In this document: in pieces, positions 20,253 through 30,311 of the stretch
How positions within the stretch are numbered: the stretch's first letter is position 1
Layout of the letters: each line of letters opens with the position of its first letter
Virus record (IMG/VR): IMGVR_UViG_2595698649_000001
Location: 83,285-147,284 of that record
DNA length: 64,000 nucleotides
Strand: one strand, 5' to 3'
Origin: a virus
Lineage: Duplodnaviria > Caudoviricetes
The notes under the pieces: generated by a model
The model's input: the letters and a program-made list of their open reading frames with translations, nothing else
Databases searched by the model: none
What the model was told of the DNA's origin: nothing
Translations under genes and position numbers: made by a program

Positions 20253-20448
20253 TTATCACTTAGAAGTTAAATCTAAGAAGAAAGGTAACAAGATAGTATT
20301 TGAAGTATGGCAGACTGATAGAAACGGTCAAACAGGCAGAATACAGACCTTTGCCTTTCGTAAAGACGCCAAACATCTAGCAGACTTTCACAATGAAAAT
20401 CAACCTTGGAAAGTAAATGGTGGTCTTCCTAAGTTTTTCTACGACTAA
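20179..20448 (+). CDS. hypothetical protein
   Basis: ORF with GGAG SD overlapping the end of gene 41. Confidence 0.6.
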   Translation: MSNTTLRRKKHQNKNIKSSKTSNTSYHLEVKSKKKGNKIVFEVWQTDRNGQTGRIQTFAFRKDAKHLADFHNENQPWKVNGGLPKFFYD

Positions 20449-20451
20449 ATA
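20444..20451 (+). promoter_or_regulatory. T4-type late promoter (variant)
   Basis: ACTAAATA before the internal-protein block. Confidence 0.55.
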
Positions 20452-20482
20452 GTAACATAACTATTATGGAGGCATTGATAAA

Positions 20483-21541
20483 ATGTTAAGTTTTACTGGA
20501 TATTCAAACTTATCTGAAGCACGAAGTCGTGGTGAAGAAATGGAAGAACTGATTATTGCAGCTGTCAACGGTCAGAAAGAACCCAAATCTAAGTTTGGTA
20601 TAATCCCAGGCGCAGGTAAAAATGTTGCCAAATTTCTCAAAGCAAAAGGTATTAGAGGTAAAGGACAAGTCCTTGGTGCAGATACTATTAATGTAACACC
20701 AGAGTGGACTAGTTATTGGCCGGGTGGGTCAGTACCAGGTTCTACTAAAACACCTAAAACAGACTTCACAATAGGAAATAATAAAATCTCCCTTAAATCA
20801 GGTAGTGCTGCTCAGTTAATGAGTGGTGGTCGTAATGAGAGTATTGCAACTTTCTATACAGCATTAAAGAGTGTAGAAGGTATGCAGAAAAAAGTTGTTA
20901 ACAAATTAACAGATATGTTTGAAGGATTGGCACCTGCTTCAGTTGCAGGTAGTGAATTGGGAAAAGAAATTAAAAAAGGTAAAGATAAGGCAGTTATGAA
21001 AGCAAACGCTGCTCATAAAGAATTAATGGGCGAACTAAGAGTTATCTTTGCAAAGAACAAAGTCTTTTCAAATGCTTTTGCTTATGAAGCAATGTCTGGT
21101 GATACCAAGTTTGGTAAAAAATCTCCAGGTAGTTGTACTCATTTTCTTACAGTATCATTTGATGGTAAGAAAGCACATTTAAAAAAAGTAAGTGATAAAG
21201 CATATGTACAGAAAATTGCTGACCAAATGAAAGTGTCAGTACGTTTTAAATCATCATCACAAAAAGTTGGTGGTAAAAAGACAGGCAAATACAAGTATTG
21301 GTCTGCCGTAGGGTTAATAGTTGACAAACTGGAAGAAGAAATGAGACCTATTGAGGGACAATTATTACACGAAGGTGTATTAGATAAACTCAAAGATATC
21401 TATGGAAAAGTAAAAGACTTTATAGTTAACTTATTCAAAAAGATAATGGAATATATTTCAAAAGGTTTTAGTAATCTAATTGATTTTTTAGATTTAGAAC
21501 CACAAGTAGATGTTGACCCAACGGTAAGAACAGATGTATAA
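20483..21541 (+). CDS. probable capsid-internal protein with PD-(D/E)xK-like motif
   Basis: N-terminal MLSF..LSEA; TPKTD..ISLK. Confidence 0.5.
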   Translation: MLSFTGYSNLSEARSRGEEMEELIIAAVNGQKEPKSKFGIIPGAGKNVAKFLKAKGIRGKGQVLGADTINVTPEWTSYWPGGSVPGSTKTPKTDFTIGNNKISLKSGSAAQLMSGGRNESIATFYTALKSVEGMQKKVVNKLTDMFEGLAPASVAGSELGKEIKKGKDKAVMKANAAHKELMGELRVIFAKNKVFSNAFAYEAMSGDTKFGKKSPGSCTHFLTVSFDGKKAHLKKVSDKAYVQKIADQMKVSVRFKSSSQKVGGKKTGKYKYWSAVGLIVDKLEEEMRPIEGQLLHEGVLDKLKDIYGKVKDFIVNLFKKIMEYISKGFSNLIDFLDLEPQVDVDPTVRTDV

Positions 21542-22766
21542 CGATTTATTAGTAGAAGATAAAAACACACACCTAGAACATTTAGAAGATGATATCATCA
21601 ATAATGGTTATGCAGGTGGAGAAAATGCAGTAAACTTTCTTAAAGCAACAGCAGACTTATTATCAGGTAATTCAACTAAGAGTGTAAACGTAACTGTCAA
21701 ATGGGACGGTGCGCCAGCAATAGTTTGTGGACCTAGTCCTGAAAATGGCAAATTCTTTGTAGGTACAAAATCAGTATTCAACAAAACACCTAAAATAAAT
21801 TATACAGTACAAGATATTAAAAACAATCACACAGGTGAAGTTGCAAATATTTTACAAGATTGTTTAAGATACCTTTCTACACTAGGTCTCAAAGAGATAT
21901 TACAAGGTGACTTATTGTATAGACAAGGTACAGTAAAGAAAACAACTTACAAATCATCAAGTGGTAAATCTGAACAGATGTTATCCTTTCAACCTAATAC
22001 TATTGTTTATATGGTACCAGAAGCGTCTGGTTTAGGTCGTAAAATTAATTCAAGTAAATTAGGTATTATATTTCATACAACTTACAAAGGTAAAACTTTT
22101 GATAAGTTAAGTGCCAAGTTTGGTGCTAATGTATCTAAACTAAGAAGAAGTCCAAGTGTCTTCTTTGATGACGCAAGTTATAAAGATGTATCTGGTGTTG
22201 CTACAATGACTATTGGCGAAATGCAATCTTTTCAAAAGATATTAAACATGGCAGGTGGGTCATTAAAAAAATCAAAAGAATTATTAAACAAAATTAAAAC
22301 TGAAACAAATACATTATCAGTAGGTGTACAATTAAAAACATATCTAAACAGTTTCATTCGTGCTGCCACAGATTTACCAAGTACAAAAGAAACAGCAAGT
22401 AAGTTTAGAAAGTTTTTCTTAGATAGAACACAAAAAGAAATTGATAGTAAAAAAACTGATAAGGGTAAAGAGAAATATATTATAGTGCAAAAAGAAGGAC
22501 TTAAATTTATTGATAGTCAAAACGAAAAGATATATTTTGCATGTGCTACATATAAGACTTTACAGACAGCAAAATCAGTTTTGATAGATAAATTAAACAA
22601 AGCAAAATCAATAGGAACATATAAGACAACACCAAAAGGATTACAAGTAACTAATCCAGAAGGTTATGTTGCTGTTGACAAATCAGGTAAAGCAGTTAAG
22701 TTAGTTGATAGATTAGAGTTTAGTGTACAAAACTTTACTGCTGCTAAAAATTGGGATAAAAAATAA
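21534..22766 (+). CDS. RNA-ligase-like nucleotidyltransferase (DUF6267-like)
   Basis: HLEHLED, VKWDG (KxDG), QGDLL, PEGYVA, VKLVDR. Confidence 0.65.
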   Translation: MYNDLLVEDKNTHLEHLEDDIINNGYAGGENAVNFLKATADLLSGNSTKSVNVTVKWDGAPAIVCGPSPENGKFFVGTKSVFNKTPKINYTVQDIKNNHTGEVANILQDCLRYLSTLGLKEILQGDLLYRQGTVKKTTYKSSSGKSEQMLSFQPNTIVYMVPEASGLGRKINSSKLGIIFHTTYKGKTFDKLSAKFGANVSKLRRSPSVFFDDASYKDVSGVATMTIGEMQSFQKILNMAGGSLKKSKELLNKIKTETNTLSVGVQLKTYLNSFIRAATDLPSTKETASKFRKFFLDRTQKEIDSKKTDKGKEKYIIVQKEGLKFIDSQNEKIYFACATYKTLQTAKSVLIDKLNKAKSIGTYKTTPKGLQVTNPEGYVAVDKSGKAVKLVDRLEFSVQNFTAAKNWDKK

Positions 22767-23278
22767 TGGCTAAAAAAGGACTCTGGTATTACATGAACAA
22801 GAGGCGAAAAGAGGGTAAACCTAAACGTAAACCAGGCGAAAAAGGTTATCCAGGACCAGGTGCATTTGATAGAGCAAAAAGTGAAGACGCTAAAGACAAT
22901 CTATTAGGCACACCTGAGTTAACAAACAAATATAAAAAAGATACACCAGGACAAGAAAATATAAATGTGCCTATTAAAGTAGGTGATACTGTTAAAGGTG
23001 GTAAGTTTAAAAACAAATCTATCAAAGTTAAAAAGATAGGTAAGAATGATAAAAACGATATAACAATTAATGACAAACCGTTATTAAGAGTAAGACCACA
23101 AGTAGAAGGTTTCAAAGAATTTATAATGAAATACTTAGAACAGGCACCTAATACAGCAGACGCAATGAAAAGACACAAAGCAGGTAAAGCAGGTTTTACA
23201 GACAAAGCACATTTGAAAGCAAAAGGTTTAATACCTCGTTCAGATGGAGAAAAAAGAAAGAGTGATAAGTACAAATAA
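22766..23278 (+). CDS. basic hypothetical protein, probably capsid-internal
   Basis: Lys-rich; KDTPGQ and EGFKEF..LEQ modules. Confidence 0.55.
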   Translation: MAKKGLWYYMNKRRKEGKPKRKPGEKGYPGPGAFDRAKSEDAKDNLLGTPELTNKYKKDTPGQENINVPIKVGDTVKGGKFKNKSIKVKKIGKNDKNDITINDKPLLRVRPQVEGFKEFIMKYLEQAPNTADAMKRHKAGKAGFTDKAHLKAKGLIPRSDGEKRKSDKYK

Positions 23279-23940
23279 TGATACCATTTATTTTAAAAGA
23301 AGGTTTATATGACCCAGGTATATTCAAAGCATTTTTCCTTGCAGGTGGTCCTGGTTCAGGTAAAACATATGTTACAAATAAAGTAATGGGTGGTATGGGA
23401 CTAAAGAATATTAATAGTGATAGAGCATTTGAAATAGGTTTAAAAAGGGCAGGTCTATCTTTAAAAATGCCTGAAGATGAGGCAAAGAAAAGAGACCCAA
23501 TTAGATTGCGTGCCAAAGAATTGACAGGCAAAGCATTAGAGAATTACATACAAGGTCGTTTAGGTCTTGTTGTAGATAGTACAGGTAGAGATTATGAGAG
23601 TATAGCAAGACCAGTTTCATTATTAAAACAAATGGGATATGATTGCTATATGGTATTTGTGAATACGAGTTTAGAAGTTGCAATGGTAAGGAATACAGAA
23701 AGAGAAAGAACTGTACCACCTGAAATTGTAAAGAATAACTGGAATACTGTACAACAAAATATAGGTAAGTTTCAAAGACTATTTGGTCAACAGAAAATGA
23801 TTATCATTGATAATAATAAGGCAGACGAAAAAATTATTACCAATGTATATAAACAAGTTGCCAAGTTTGTGAAAAAACCTGTAGATAATCACATTGCAAA
23901 ACAATGGATTAGAAAAGAAACAGATAAGAGAAAAAGATGA
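23278..23940 (+). CDS. P-loop kinase (AAA_33/zeta/Pnk-like)
   Basis: AGGPGSGKT, INSD, VVDST, RNTERER lid. Confidence 0.85.
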   Translation: MIPFILKEGLYDPGIFKAFFLAGGPGSGKTYVTNKVMGGMGLKNINSDRAFEIGLKRAGLSLKMPEDEAKKRDPIRLRAKELTGKALENYIQGRLGLVVDSTGRDYESIARPVSLLKQMGYDCYMVFVNTSLEVAMVRNTERERTVPPEIVKNNWNTVQQNIGKFQRLFGQQKMIIIDNNKADEKIITNVYKQVAKFVKKPVDNHIAKQWIRKETDKRKR

Positions 23941-25727
23941 AGACATTAAAGGAATTACTAAGAAAGAAAGTTGGAAGAAAACAACCAGTTGTATTTGCAT
24001 TTGGTCGTTTAAATCCACCTACTGTAGGTCATCAAAAACTGATTGACAAAGTAATTACTATGGCAAAACGAGTGAAAGGTTTGCCTGTTTTATATGTTAG
24101 TGCTTCACAGGATAAAAACAAAAATCCTTTAACAGTAAAACAAAAACTAGATTATTTAAAGAAGATATACCCTCGTGGTATAAAATTAATGCCTGCTACA
24201 AGCAACGAAAGAACATTTATGGAAATATTAAAGAATAACTTTGATAAAAGATATACAGATGTTTATATGGTTGCAGGTAGTGATAGAGTATTAGAGTTTA
24301 AAAAACTAATTAAAAAATACAACGGTAAAGATTACAATTTTGATACCGTTAATGTAGTGAGTGCAGGTGAAAGAGATCCAGACGCTGAAGGCGTTTCAGG
24401 TATGTCTGCTAGTAAAATGAGAGCGCTCGCAAAAGTAAACAATTATAAAGATTTTAGGAGTGGTCTTATGAAGAACACAAAGGAGAAAGACGCAATGAAA
24501 GTATTTAAAGATTTGAAAAATCAAATGGGTGTAAGAGAAGATATGTTACCACCTAGTACAAGTAGTGAGAGTGACGAGTTAAATATTATTAGAGAAAATT
24601 ATCATGCAGGAGAAATATTTAATATTAATGAAACAGTTGAAAATTTAAAAGATGGTAGTATAGGTAAGATTATTAAAAGAGGACCTAACTACGTTCAATA
24701 CGAAATGGAAGACGGTGGTGTTAAACGTGCATGGTTAGATGATATCGTTCCAACTGAGGATACGGTAAATGAAGAATTGATTAATGAAAATGTTGACCAG
24801 AAGAAATTAGTATTACAAAAGAATAGTGATAAACTAGTTTCATTTAAAAGTTTTGATGAAGAAATCAACGCAGCTTCTAATCAACAAGATGTAAATGTTG
24901 ATGACGAAGATAAAGCGAGAGAAGATAATGAGAAGAAAGATAAACAAAAGAATAAAGTAAAAACACCTGGACAACCAGATACATTTGATAGTTATACTGA
25001 TACTCATATTAGTAATGACCAGAAAAGTAACACTAGAAAGTTTAGTCAAGTTACACCAGGACAAGAAAGAGATTATGAAAAACTTGTGGCAAACAGAATG
25101 TTCACTAAGTTTGAAGGTGTTGATAGAGTTGCACAGGATCCAGATATTAAAAAGAAAGATGGTACACAACCTAAGAAATACTATTCTGGTTTAAAGAAGT
25201 CAACTAAATCTGCTAGAGACGCACACTTTAAAAAAGGTGCAAAAATGGATGACGATAATCCATCAGCATATAAACCGGCACCTGGTGATAGTAAAGGTAA
25301 AACTAAACCTAGCACACATACACAAAAATTTAAAAAGATGTTTGGTGAAGTTGATGAAGAAGCATTATCTGCTAATGATATTAGAGATTGGTCATTATTA
25401 CCAGAAACTATTGATATGTTTAAAGACAAATATCAAACTGACTGGAAAATTGAACTAGACAATACAATTGCTGAAATGATGAAAGACATTGAGATAGATG
25501 AAACTGCTACAGCAGCGATTAAGAATAAAGCAGATAAATCTGGTATGCCGGCAGGTGTATTAAGAAAAGTATATAATCGTGGAGTTGCTGCCTGGAGAAC
25601 AGGACATAGACCAGGAACTACACCACAACAATGGGGTCTTGCAAGAGTTAATTCATTTGTTACTAAATCAAGTGGCACATGGGGTAAAGCAGACGCTGAC
25701 TTGGCGAAACAAGTTAGAGGAAGTTAA
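23937..25727 (+). CDS. HIGH-family cytidylyltransferase-like protein with long C-terminal modules
   Basis: FGRLNPPTVGH, KNPL, VAGSDR, MSASKMR. Confidence 0.85.
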   Translation: MKTLKELLRKKVGRKQPVVFAFGRLNPPTVGHQKLIDKVITMAKRVKGLPVLYVSASQDKNKNPLTVKQKLDYLKKIYPRGIKLMPATSNERTFMEILKNNFDKRYTDVYMVAGSDRVLEFKKLIKKYNGKDYNFDTVNVVSAGERDPDAEGVSGMSASKMRALAKVNNYKDFRSGLMKNTKEKDAMKVFKDLKNQMGVREDMLPPSTSSESDELNIIRENYHAGEIFNINETVENLKDGSIGKIIKRGPNYVQYEMEDGGVKRAWLDDIVPTEDTVNEELINENVDQKKLVLQKNSDKLVSFKSFDEEINAASNQQDVNVDDEDKAREDNEKKDKQKNKVKTPGQPDTFDSYTDTHISNDQKSNTRKFSQVTPGQERDYEKLVANRMFTKFEGVDRVAQDPDIKKKDGTQPKKYYSGLKKSTKSARDAHFKKGAKMDDDNPSAYKPAPGDSKGKTKPSTHTQKFKKMFGEVDEEALSANDIRDWSLLPETIDMFKDKYQTDWKIELDNTIAEMMKDIEIDETATAAIKNKADKSGMPAGVLRKVYNRGVAAWRTGHRPGTTPQQWGLARVNSFVTKSSGTWGKADADLAKQVRGS

Positions 25728-26128
25728 TGACTTTTGAATTTAAACACCCTAGTAAATATAAGACAGTAAAGGAAGTAAAGGAAGAAACAATGGTAAAATC
25801 ATTTAAAGAAGTAGAGGAGATTGACGCTATCTGTGAGCAACAATACCAAGATTTGCCTTTAGAAGAAGCAGAATTTCAAGGTAAGAAAGTTACACTTAAC
25901 GACCCAATTCGTGGTGGTTCAAAGAAATTTTATGTATATGTTAAAGACGGTGACAAAGTAAAAAAAGTTTCTTTTGGTGATACGACAGGTTTAAGTATTA
26001 AACGTGACGATCCTGCTAGGCGTAAATCTTTTAGAGCAAGACATAACTGTGACCAGAAGAAAGATAAGACAACGGCAGGTTACTGGTCATGTTATCAATG
26101 GCGTGCAGGCGCTAAGGTTAATAATTAG
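25727..26128 (+). CDS. conserved hypothetical phage protein
   Basis: KKFYVYVK..VSFGD..RRKSFRARHNC..AGYWSC. Confidence 0.7.
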   Translation: MTFEFKHPSKYKTVKEVKEETMVKSFKEVEEIDAICEQQYQDLPLEEAEFQGKKVTLNDPIRGGSKKFYVYVKDGDKVKKVSFGDTTGLSIKRDDPARRKSFRARHNCDQKKDKTTAGYWSCYQWRAGAKVNN

Positions 26129-26136
26129 TATAAATA
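26129..26136 (+). promoter_or_regulatory. T4 late promoter
   Basis: TATAAATA. Confidence 0.8.
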
Positions 26137-26144
26137 GTAAAGTT

Positions 26145-27263
26145 ATGACAAGATACACAAAAACAATGGCGGAAGCCTACAGAGAAGTCAACGAGGATCC
26201 AATTGCGAAAGCACAGGATAAACTAGACGCAACAAAGAAAATTGCTGCCTTAAAAAAACAAATTGACCAAATAAAACAAGACCAAAAAGCAGACGCTGCT
26301 AGAGACGCAGCTGCACCTAAACCGGCAGCAGAAGCAGTTGATAGTGACGATACTGGTGGTGAAGCAGAAACAGATATGATAATGAACCAAGTGAAACAAA
26401 TGCGACACTTCTTAGACGGTATTGAAAAAATGGTAGGTGCAGACGGCGATGTTGAAGAATGGGTACAAAACAAAATTACTAAAGCAACTGATTATCTGAA
26501 AACTGCTTACTCATACAAAACAGGTGAGACAAACGAAGAAATCGCACCTGCTATAGCAGGTCTTGCTAGAGCGGCAGCATCAGGCGCTGGACAAGGCGCT
26601 GGCGCAGCTGTGGCAAACAGAGCAATGGATAAGATGAACGCAAGTAAGAAAATGGATCCTAAACAACATGTTGCTAAGAGTAAAAAGAATCCAGATATGT
26701 ATTGTGTATTTGATAAAGATGGTAATGAAGTTAAATTATTCAAAGATAAAAAAGACGCTGAAGAATATGCAATTAAAAACCATGACAAGTTAATGGAAAA
26801 CATGATATTAGAATTTACAGATGCTCAAATAAAGAGACTGAAAAAAGAATACGAACCACTACGAGGTAAAGAAACTGGAATAAATCCAGAGAAGTTTAAA
26901 AAACTTCGTGTTATGTTAAGTAGAATGACTAAAGATATGTTGTTGAAATTAGTTAAGGCAGATTTGCCTATAATTACATCAGCTGCGAAAGCAAGATTAG
27001 TTGTTCATCATGGAATGAAGTGGTCACAATTACCAGAAGAACTGGTAGCGTATATTGACTTAGAACAATTAGACGAAGCTAAATCTAAGTTTAAAAGTGT
27101 AGAACCAAAAGTAATTGATAGAGTAGAAAAAATGATGAGAGGTAGTAGAGACGAAAAGAACTCTATTGCTAATCTATTAAATTACTTAATGCCACCTGAA
27201 GTTGTTGATATGATTAGGTACAAACTAAAAATAACACAACCAAGAGGCAAAATTAAATTTTAA
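26145..27263 (+). CDS. probable capsid-internal or prohead core-like protein
   Basis: Late promoter; multiple x-x-E motifs; EEWVQNKITKATDYL. Confidence 0.55.
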   Translation: MTRYTKTMAEAYREVNEDPIAKAQDKLDATKKIAALKKQIDQIKQDQKADAARDAAAPKPAAEAVDSDDTGGEAETDMIMNQVKQMRHFLDGIEKMVGADGDVEEWVQNKITKATDYLKTAYSYKTGETNEEIAPAIAGLARAAASGAGQGAGAAVANRAMDKMNASKKMDPKQHVAKSKKNPDMYCVFDKDGNEVKLFKDKKDAEEYAIKNHDKLMENMILEFTDAQIKRLKKEYEPLRGKETGINPEKFKKLRVMLSRMTKDMLLKLVKADLPIITSAAKARLVVHHGMKWSQLPEELVAYIDLEQLDEAKSKFKSVEPKVIDRVEKMMRGSRDEKNSIANLLNYLMPPEVVDMIRYKLKITQPRGKIKF

Positions 27264-27275
27264 AGGGAGACTAAA

Positions 27276-27842
27276 ATGTCAAAAGATAAAAACGGAATTG
27301 TGGGTTGGAACTCTAGTTACTTTGGTGAAGCAAAACCAGGGTCATTAGCAAAAACAATCGCAGATATAACAAACAAACAAAACGACTTAGTTGGTGGTAA
27401 ACCAGAAGTCGCAGATAGTCAAGCAGCTATGGCTGCAAAAGCAAAAAAAGAATTAGCACAAGAGGGTAAATTACCACCTGCTCTTCAAAAAGCAATTGAC
27501 GCCAAAAAAGAAAAAGAAGGCGACAAAGAGAAAAAAGAAGATGAAGACATGGCACAAAAAGAACCTAAGTCTAAAGACAAAGGTGCTATAAAAGTACATG
27601 GTGAAGATGTGAACAAAGAGATTGAAGCTGCTCAACAAGGTAAAATCAAATCACTAGTAGATACTATTATTGATATGTACAAAACTAATGAAGCGAGTAT
27701 GGATAAAGTAAATCCAGTTGCAGTAAAGAAAAAGTTTGACGACAGAAAAGACAAAGACATTGATAACGATGGCGATGTTGATAGTTCAGACAAATTTCTT
27801 CACAAAAGAAGAAAAGCAATATCTAAAGCAGTAAGTAAGTAA
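27276..27842 (+). CDS. charged late protein with DIDNDGDVD motif
   Basis: KLPPALQKAI, DKDIDNDGDVDSSDKFLHKRRKAI. Confidence 0.6.
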   Translation: MSKDKNGIVGWNSSYFGEAKPGSLAKTIADITNKQNDLVGGKPEVADSQAAMAAKAKKELAQEGKLPPALQKAIDAKKEKEGDKEKKEDEDMAQKEPKSKDKGAIKVHGEDVNKEIEAAQQGKIKSLVDTIIDMYKTNEASMDKVNPVAVKKKFDDRKDKDIDNDGDVDSSDKFLHKRRKAISKAVSK

Positions 27843-27843
27843 T

Positions 27844-28434
27844 ATGAAATACTCCGCATTTAAAGCGGAGACTTTAAACCTACACCTAGTTCAGGAACAG
27901 GACAGTCTCCCAACTATATACTGTGACATGGACGGTGTACTTTGTGATTTTGTGGCAGGCATTGATAAGATGTTTACGCTCAAGTCTAAAGATCCATCTA
28001 TGCCTGGACCAATGCAAACCAATGGTTACTCAGATACAGACGATTGGTTAAAAGCGCCAATGAGTTCATTGAAATGGCAACCTATACATAACTACCCTAT
28101 GTTTTGGCCGACACTACCGTGGATGAAAGACGGTCTAAAGTTATGGTCATACATAAGCAAGTTTAAACCACATATTTTATCAGCATATACACCACACGAT
28201 AAGAACAGTATTAAGGGTAAAAGACTGTGGATACAAAGGAATTTAAGACTTACTGACCAAAGTAGAATACACTTAGTCAGACGTAAAGAGAAGAAACTTT
28301 ACGCTAATGGTAATGTATTAATTGATGATTATGGTAGAAATGTGAAAGAATGGAAAACAAACAAAGGTATCCCAGTTAAGCATAAATCAACTGCTGAAAC
28401 GATTTCTAAGTTGAGAAAACTAGGATATGTATAA
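27844..28434 (+). CDS. HAD-family 5'(3')-nucleotidase-like phosphatase
   Basis: IYCDMDGVLCDF, ILSA, K, LIDD. Confidence 0.88.
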   Translation: MKYSAFKAETLNLHLVQEQDSLPTIYCDMDGVLCDFVAGIDKMFTLKSKDPSMPGPMQTNGYSDTDDWLKAPMSSLKWQPIHNYPMFWPTLPWMKDGLKLWSYISKFKPHILSAYTPHDKNSIKGKRLWIQRNLRLTDQSRIHLVRRKEKKLYANGNVLIDDYGRNVKEWKTNKGIPVKHKSTAETISKLRKLGYV

Positions 28435-28437
28435 ATA
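28430..28437 (+). promoter_or_regulatory. T4 late promoter
   Basis: TATAAATA. Confidence 0.8.
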
Positions 28438-28483
28438 GTAACAGTTAACTAACAAAATTTAACTTATTAATAAGGAGAAAAAC

Positions 28484-29074
28484 ATGGGACTATGGGGAGC
28501 AACAGACGCTGATGAAAGCAAACCTAAGAACCTAACCACGGCAGAGAAAAAAGAAGTATTTGCCAATACAAAAGGTTGGGTAAGGGAAGCAGGATCAAGT
28601 GCGTCAGGAAACGACAACACTAGTGCTGACGAGGAAGTTTTGGTCGCTATAGGCGGACTATCATCTTCTTTAGGCGCTGCTGACATAACAGAAATTGAAT
28701 GGATTACAACAACAGCAGATAAGTCTGCTGGGTTTACACTTTCAGCAAGATTAAGATTTAATGAACCAGTAAACGTTGTTACTACGGGTGGAACACCTAC
28801 TTTAGCAGTAACTAACGGTAACCAAGGATCAGGTACAGGAAGAGGACCTCACAACTTGGCATATGCAAGTGGAACAGGTACTAACGAATTAGTATTCTCA
28901 TTAGCAATTGGTGCGGCTAACGCTGCTACAAATGCAGATGACGTATTAGTTTTTGGTGCAAATCCATTAGCACTAAACTCAGGCACAATTAAAGATGTAC
29001 AAGGTACTAACGCAACTATAACAAGTGTTGCAAGTATTGGTACAGCGGCTGGAACTGTTACAGTTGTAGCATAA
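28484..29074 (+). CDS. virion structural protein
   Basis: MGLWG N-terminus, FNEPVNV..GTPTL..YASGTGTNELVF; late promoter. Confidence 0.7.
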   Translation: MGLWGATDADESKPKNLTTAEKKEVFANTKGWVREAGSSASGNDNTSADEEVLVAIGGLSSSLGAADITEIEWITTTADKSAGFTLSARLRFNEPVNVVTTGGTPTLAVTNGNQGSGTGRGPHNLAYASGTGTNELVFSLAIGAANAATNADDVLVFGANPLALNSGTIKDVQGTNATITSVASIGTAAGTVTVVA

Positions 29075-29189
29075 TAAATAAGATTATTACGAGGGTACTC
29101 AGTACCCTCATAATGATAGCAGTTAAGCATATGCGTACTGCTAGTAGCATTCCCCAAATACATAAGGGGTTTATATAAGGAGAAAAAAA

Positions 29190-29861
29190 ATGGCTGACAA
29201 AAAAATAACAGCACTTACAGACCTGGGTTCAGGTAACATAGCAAGTGCTGACTTACTTCATGTAATTGATGATCCATCAGGAACACCAATTAACAAAAAA
29301 ATCTCAGTAGCAAGTTTATTCGCAAACGTTCCAACTGCTGTAGCAATCAATCCAGGTGCAAGTGCTAATGTAACAATTAACGCTAACGCAACTGATAGTG
29401 ACTTTATCGTTTCAAATGATGACGAAGAAGCATTTAGAGTTGATGGTGCTAACAGAGAAGTTGTAATTAACGAAGCTTCAGGTCAAACAGATTTAAGAGC
29501 AGAGACAAACTCTTACTCTGCTGCTTTACTTGTTGACGCTTCTGCTGACCAAGTACAAGTTAACGCAACTCCAGTTTTTGGATTAACACAAGCAATATCA
29601 GGCGCAGGTGCTATTGATGTTGTATCTGCTATTACTGAAATAGTAACTACAGGTACTAACGCATACACATTTGCTGACGGTGTTGAGGGACAAATTAAGT
29701 TCCTAGTTATGAAAACTGACGGTGGTGTAGGTACTGTAACTCCATCTAACTTTGCAAGTGGTTCTACAATCGCTTTCAATGATGTAGGTGATACAGCATT
29801 CTTACTATTCACTAACGGTAACTGGCAACTAATTTCACACTTTGGTTGTACAATAGCGTAA
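29190..29861 (+). CDS. virion structural or fibre-like protein
   Basis: [12 protein letters not shown], beta-rich Ala/Thr/Gly composition, DGVEGQIK. Confidence 0.65.
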   Translation: MADKKITALTDLGSGNIASADLLHVIDDPSGTPINKKISVASLFANVPTAVAINPGASANVTINANATDSDFIVSNDDEEAFRVDGANREVVINEASGQTDLRAETNSYSAALLVDASADQVQVNATPVFGLTQAISGAGAIDVVSAITEIVTTGTNAYTFADGVEGQIKFLVMKTDGGVGTVTPSNFASGSTIAFNDVGDTAFLLFTNGNWQLISHFGCTIA

Positions 29862-29874
29862 TAATTAATTAGTG

Positions 29875-29897
29875 AGGGCGCTACGGCGCCCTTTCTT
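29875..29897 (+). terminator. intrinsic terminator
   Basis: AGGGCGC-TACG-GCGCCCT-TTCTT. Confidence 0.75.
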
Positions 29898-29911
29898 AAC
29901 ATGAGGATAAT

Positions 29912-30106
29912 ATGAAAGAAAATATTGAAGCGAAATTAAAAGTTTTAGAAGACAATCGTTCAAAAGTATCTGAACAGATACAAAATGGTGAACAATTGTT
30001 AACGAAAGCAAAGGCAGACTTAAACGCAATTCAAGGTGCGATACAAGTTTGTCAACAATTATTAGAGGAAGTAAAAGGAGATAAGAATGACGGAACAAAA
30101 GATTAG
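29912..30106 (+). CDS. small coiled-coil protein
   Basis: Heptad pattern, SD GAGG. Confidence 0.6.
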   Translation: MKENIEAKLKVLEDNRSKVSEQIQNGEQLLTKAKADLNAIQGAIQVCQQLLEEVKGDKNDGTKD

Positions 30107-30311
30107 ATATGGCGCTGGTGGCGTTCCTTACTACGAAAAGGCAGACGCAATTGAGACTGAGAAAAAAGAGTTAGAAACTTCTTATCAACAATCTATCGCT
30201 AATAAGGAAGAAAGAACTTCCAAAAAGAAAAAGAAAACTAAAAAAGTAATTCAGGAAATCATGGGAGATGACCTGGTAGAAAACAAGGAGATGTTAGATG
30301 AAATCATTTAA
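30087..30311 (+). CDS. hypothetical protein
   Basis: Overlapping ORF with SD. Confidence 0.55.
   Translation: MTEQKIRYGAGGVPYYEKADAIETEKKELETSYQQSIANKEERTSKKKKKTKKVIQEIMGDDLVENKEMLDEII

Noticed and set aside
23278-23940. Zeta toxin-antitoxin module
   Set aside because: No antitoxin-like partner; context is a late gene block
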